A stretch of 64,000 bases of DNA, taken from assembly GCF_022539665.2 (NCBI RefSeq), contig NC_081333.1, forward strand, positions 372,001 through 436,000, in the 5' to 3' direction. Source of the DNA: Daphnia carinata. Its lineage: Eukaryota. The stretch's first letter is position 1. Each line of letters begins with the position of its first letter. The position numbers were made by a program, and so were the translations under genes. Positions 63,543 to 64,000 of the stretch are shown here, in pieces. The notes beneath the pieces were generated by a model. It ran no database searches. It was not told the DNA's origin and saw nothing but the letters and a program-made list of their open reading frames with translations.

Positions 63543-64000
63543 TATCCAGCCGAGTTTGAGGAACGTTGGACATTGATTCATCACACAGAAAAACAACGGA
63601 CCAAAAGAAAAACAAGGAAACGCGCCTATGCTATTTAGCATGCTTACACACCGTGAAAATCCCCTTGTTTAATATTCAAAAATATTCACGACTATCAACG
63701 GTTTTCTCTTGTTCCTGGATATTATGGAAAGGACGTGCTGTGGCTTGTGCCTAGGTCATCGTTAATCATTTCGACAATTTAGCAATCGAGACCAAGACCA
63801 CTAAAAGCTAGTTCGATAACCTTGCACGCTTGGTTTTGAATCCAAGGTGATTCCCCCCCGTGGCTTAGATTGAATGCTGCCGGATCTCATTGCTCGACCG
63901 GAATCAAATCGTATAAATACGTGCATACCCAGACAGCCAAAGTATTATTCACTCAACGTTTTGCAAAGCCACTGGAGCTACATACAAACATGTGCCGACT

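Overview
AT-rich eukaryotic genomic DNA with many short (about 60-90 nt) GT-AG introns. The intron sizes and gene families suggest a branchiopod crustacean such as Daphnia (inference). 1-9600 is a repeat-rich block: alternating inverted copies of a structured element, several tRNA-like modules, decayed spliced ORFs and MITEs. 9876-12442 (-) can be spliced by hand into one 10-exon, 481-aa frame joining two PUF60/half-pint-like RRMs to a complete alpha-carbonic anhydrase domain; this is the most unusual feature. Its 5' part lies in a three-copy 3.6-kb tandem array (10667-21453) whose extra copies would encode RRM-only proteins. Next come a Tramtrack-type BTB plus atypical homeodomain gene, MTSS1/mim, an IL-17 receptor-like (SEFIR-like) membrane protein, puromycin-sensitive aminopeptidase, GTP-type PEPCK, a C1q-domain gene, a tRNA-like/Helitron-like repeat, three paralogous small secreted proteins with DSxESxE motifs, and a TA-flanked MITE. 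All gene models were built by eye; no database searches were run.
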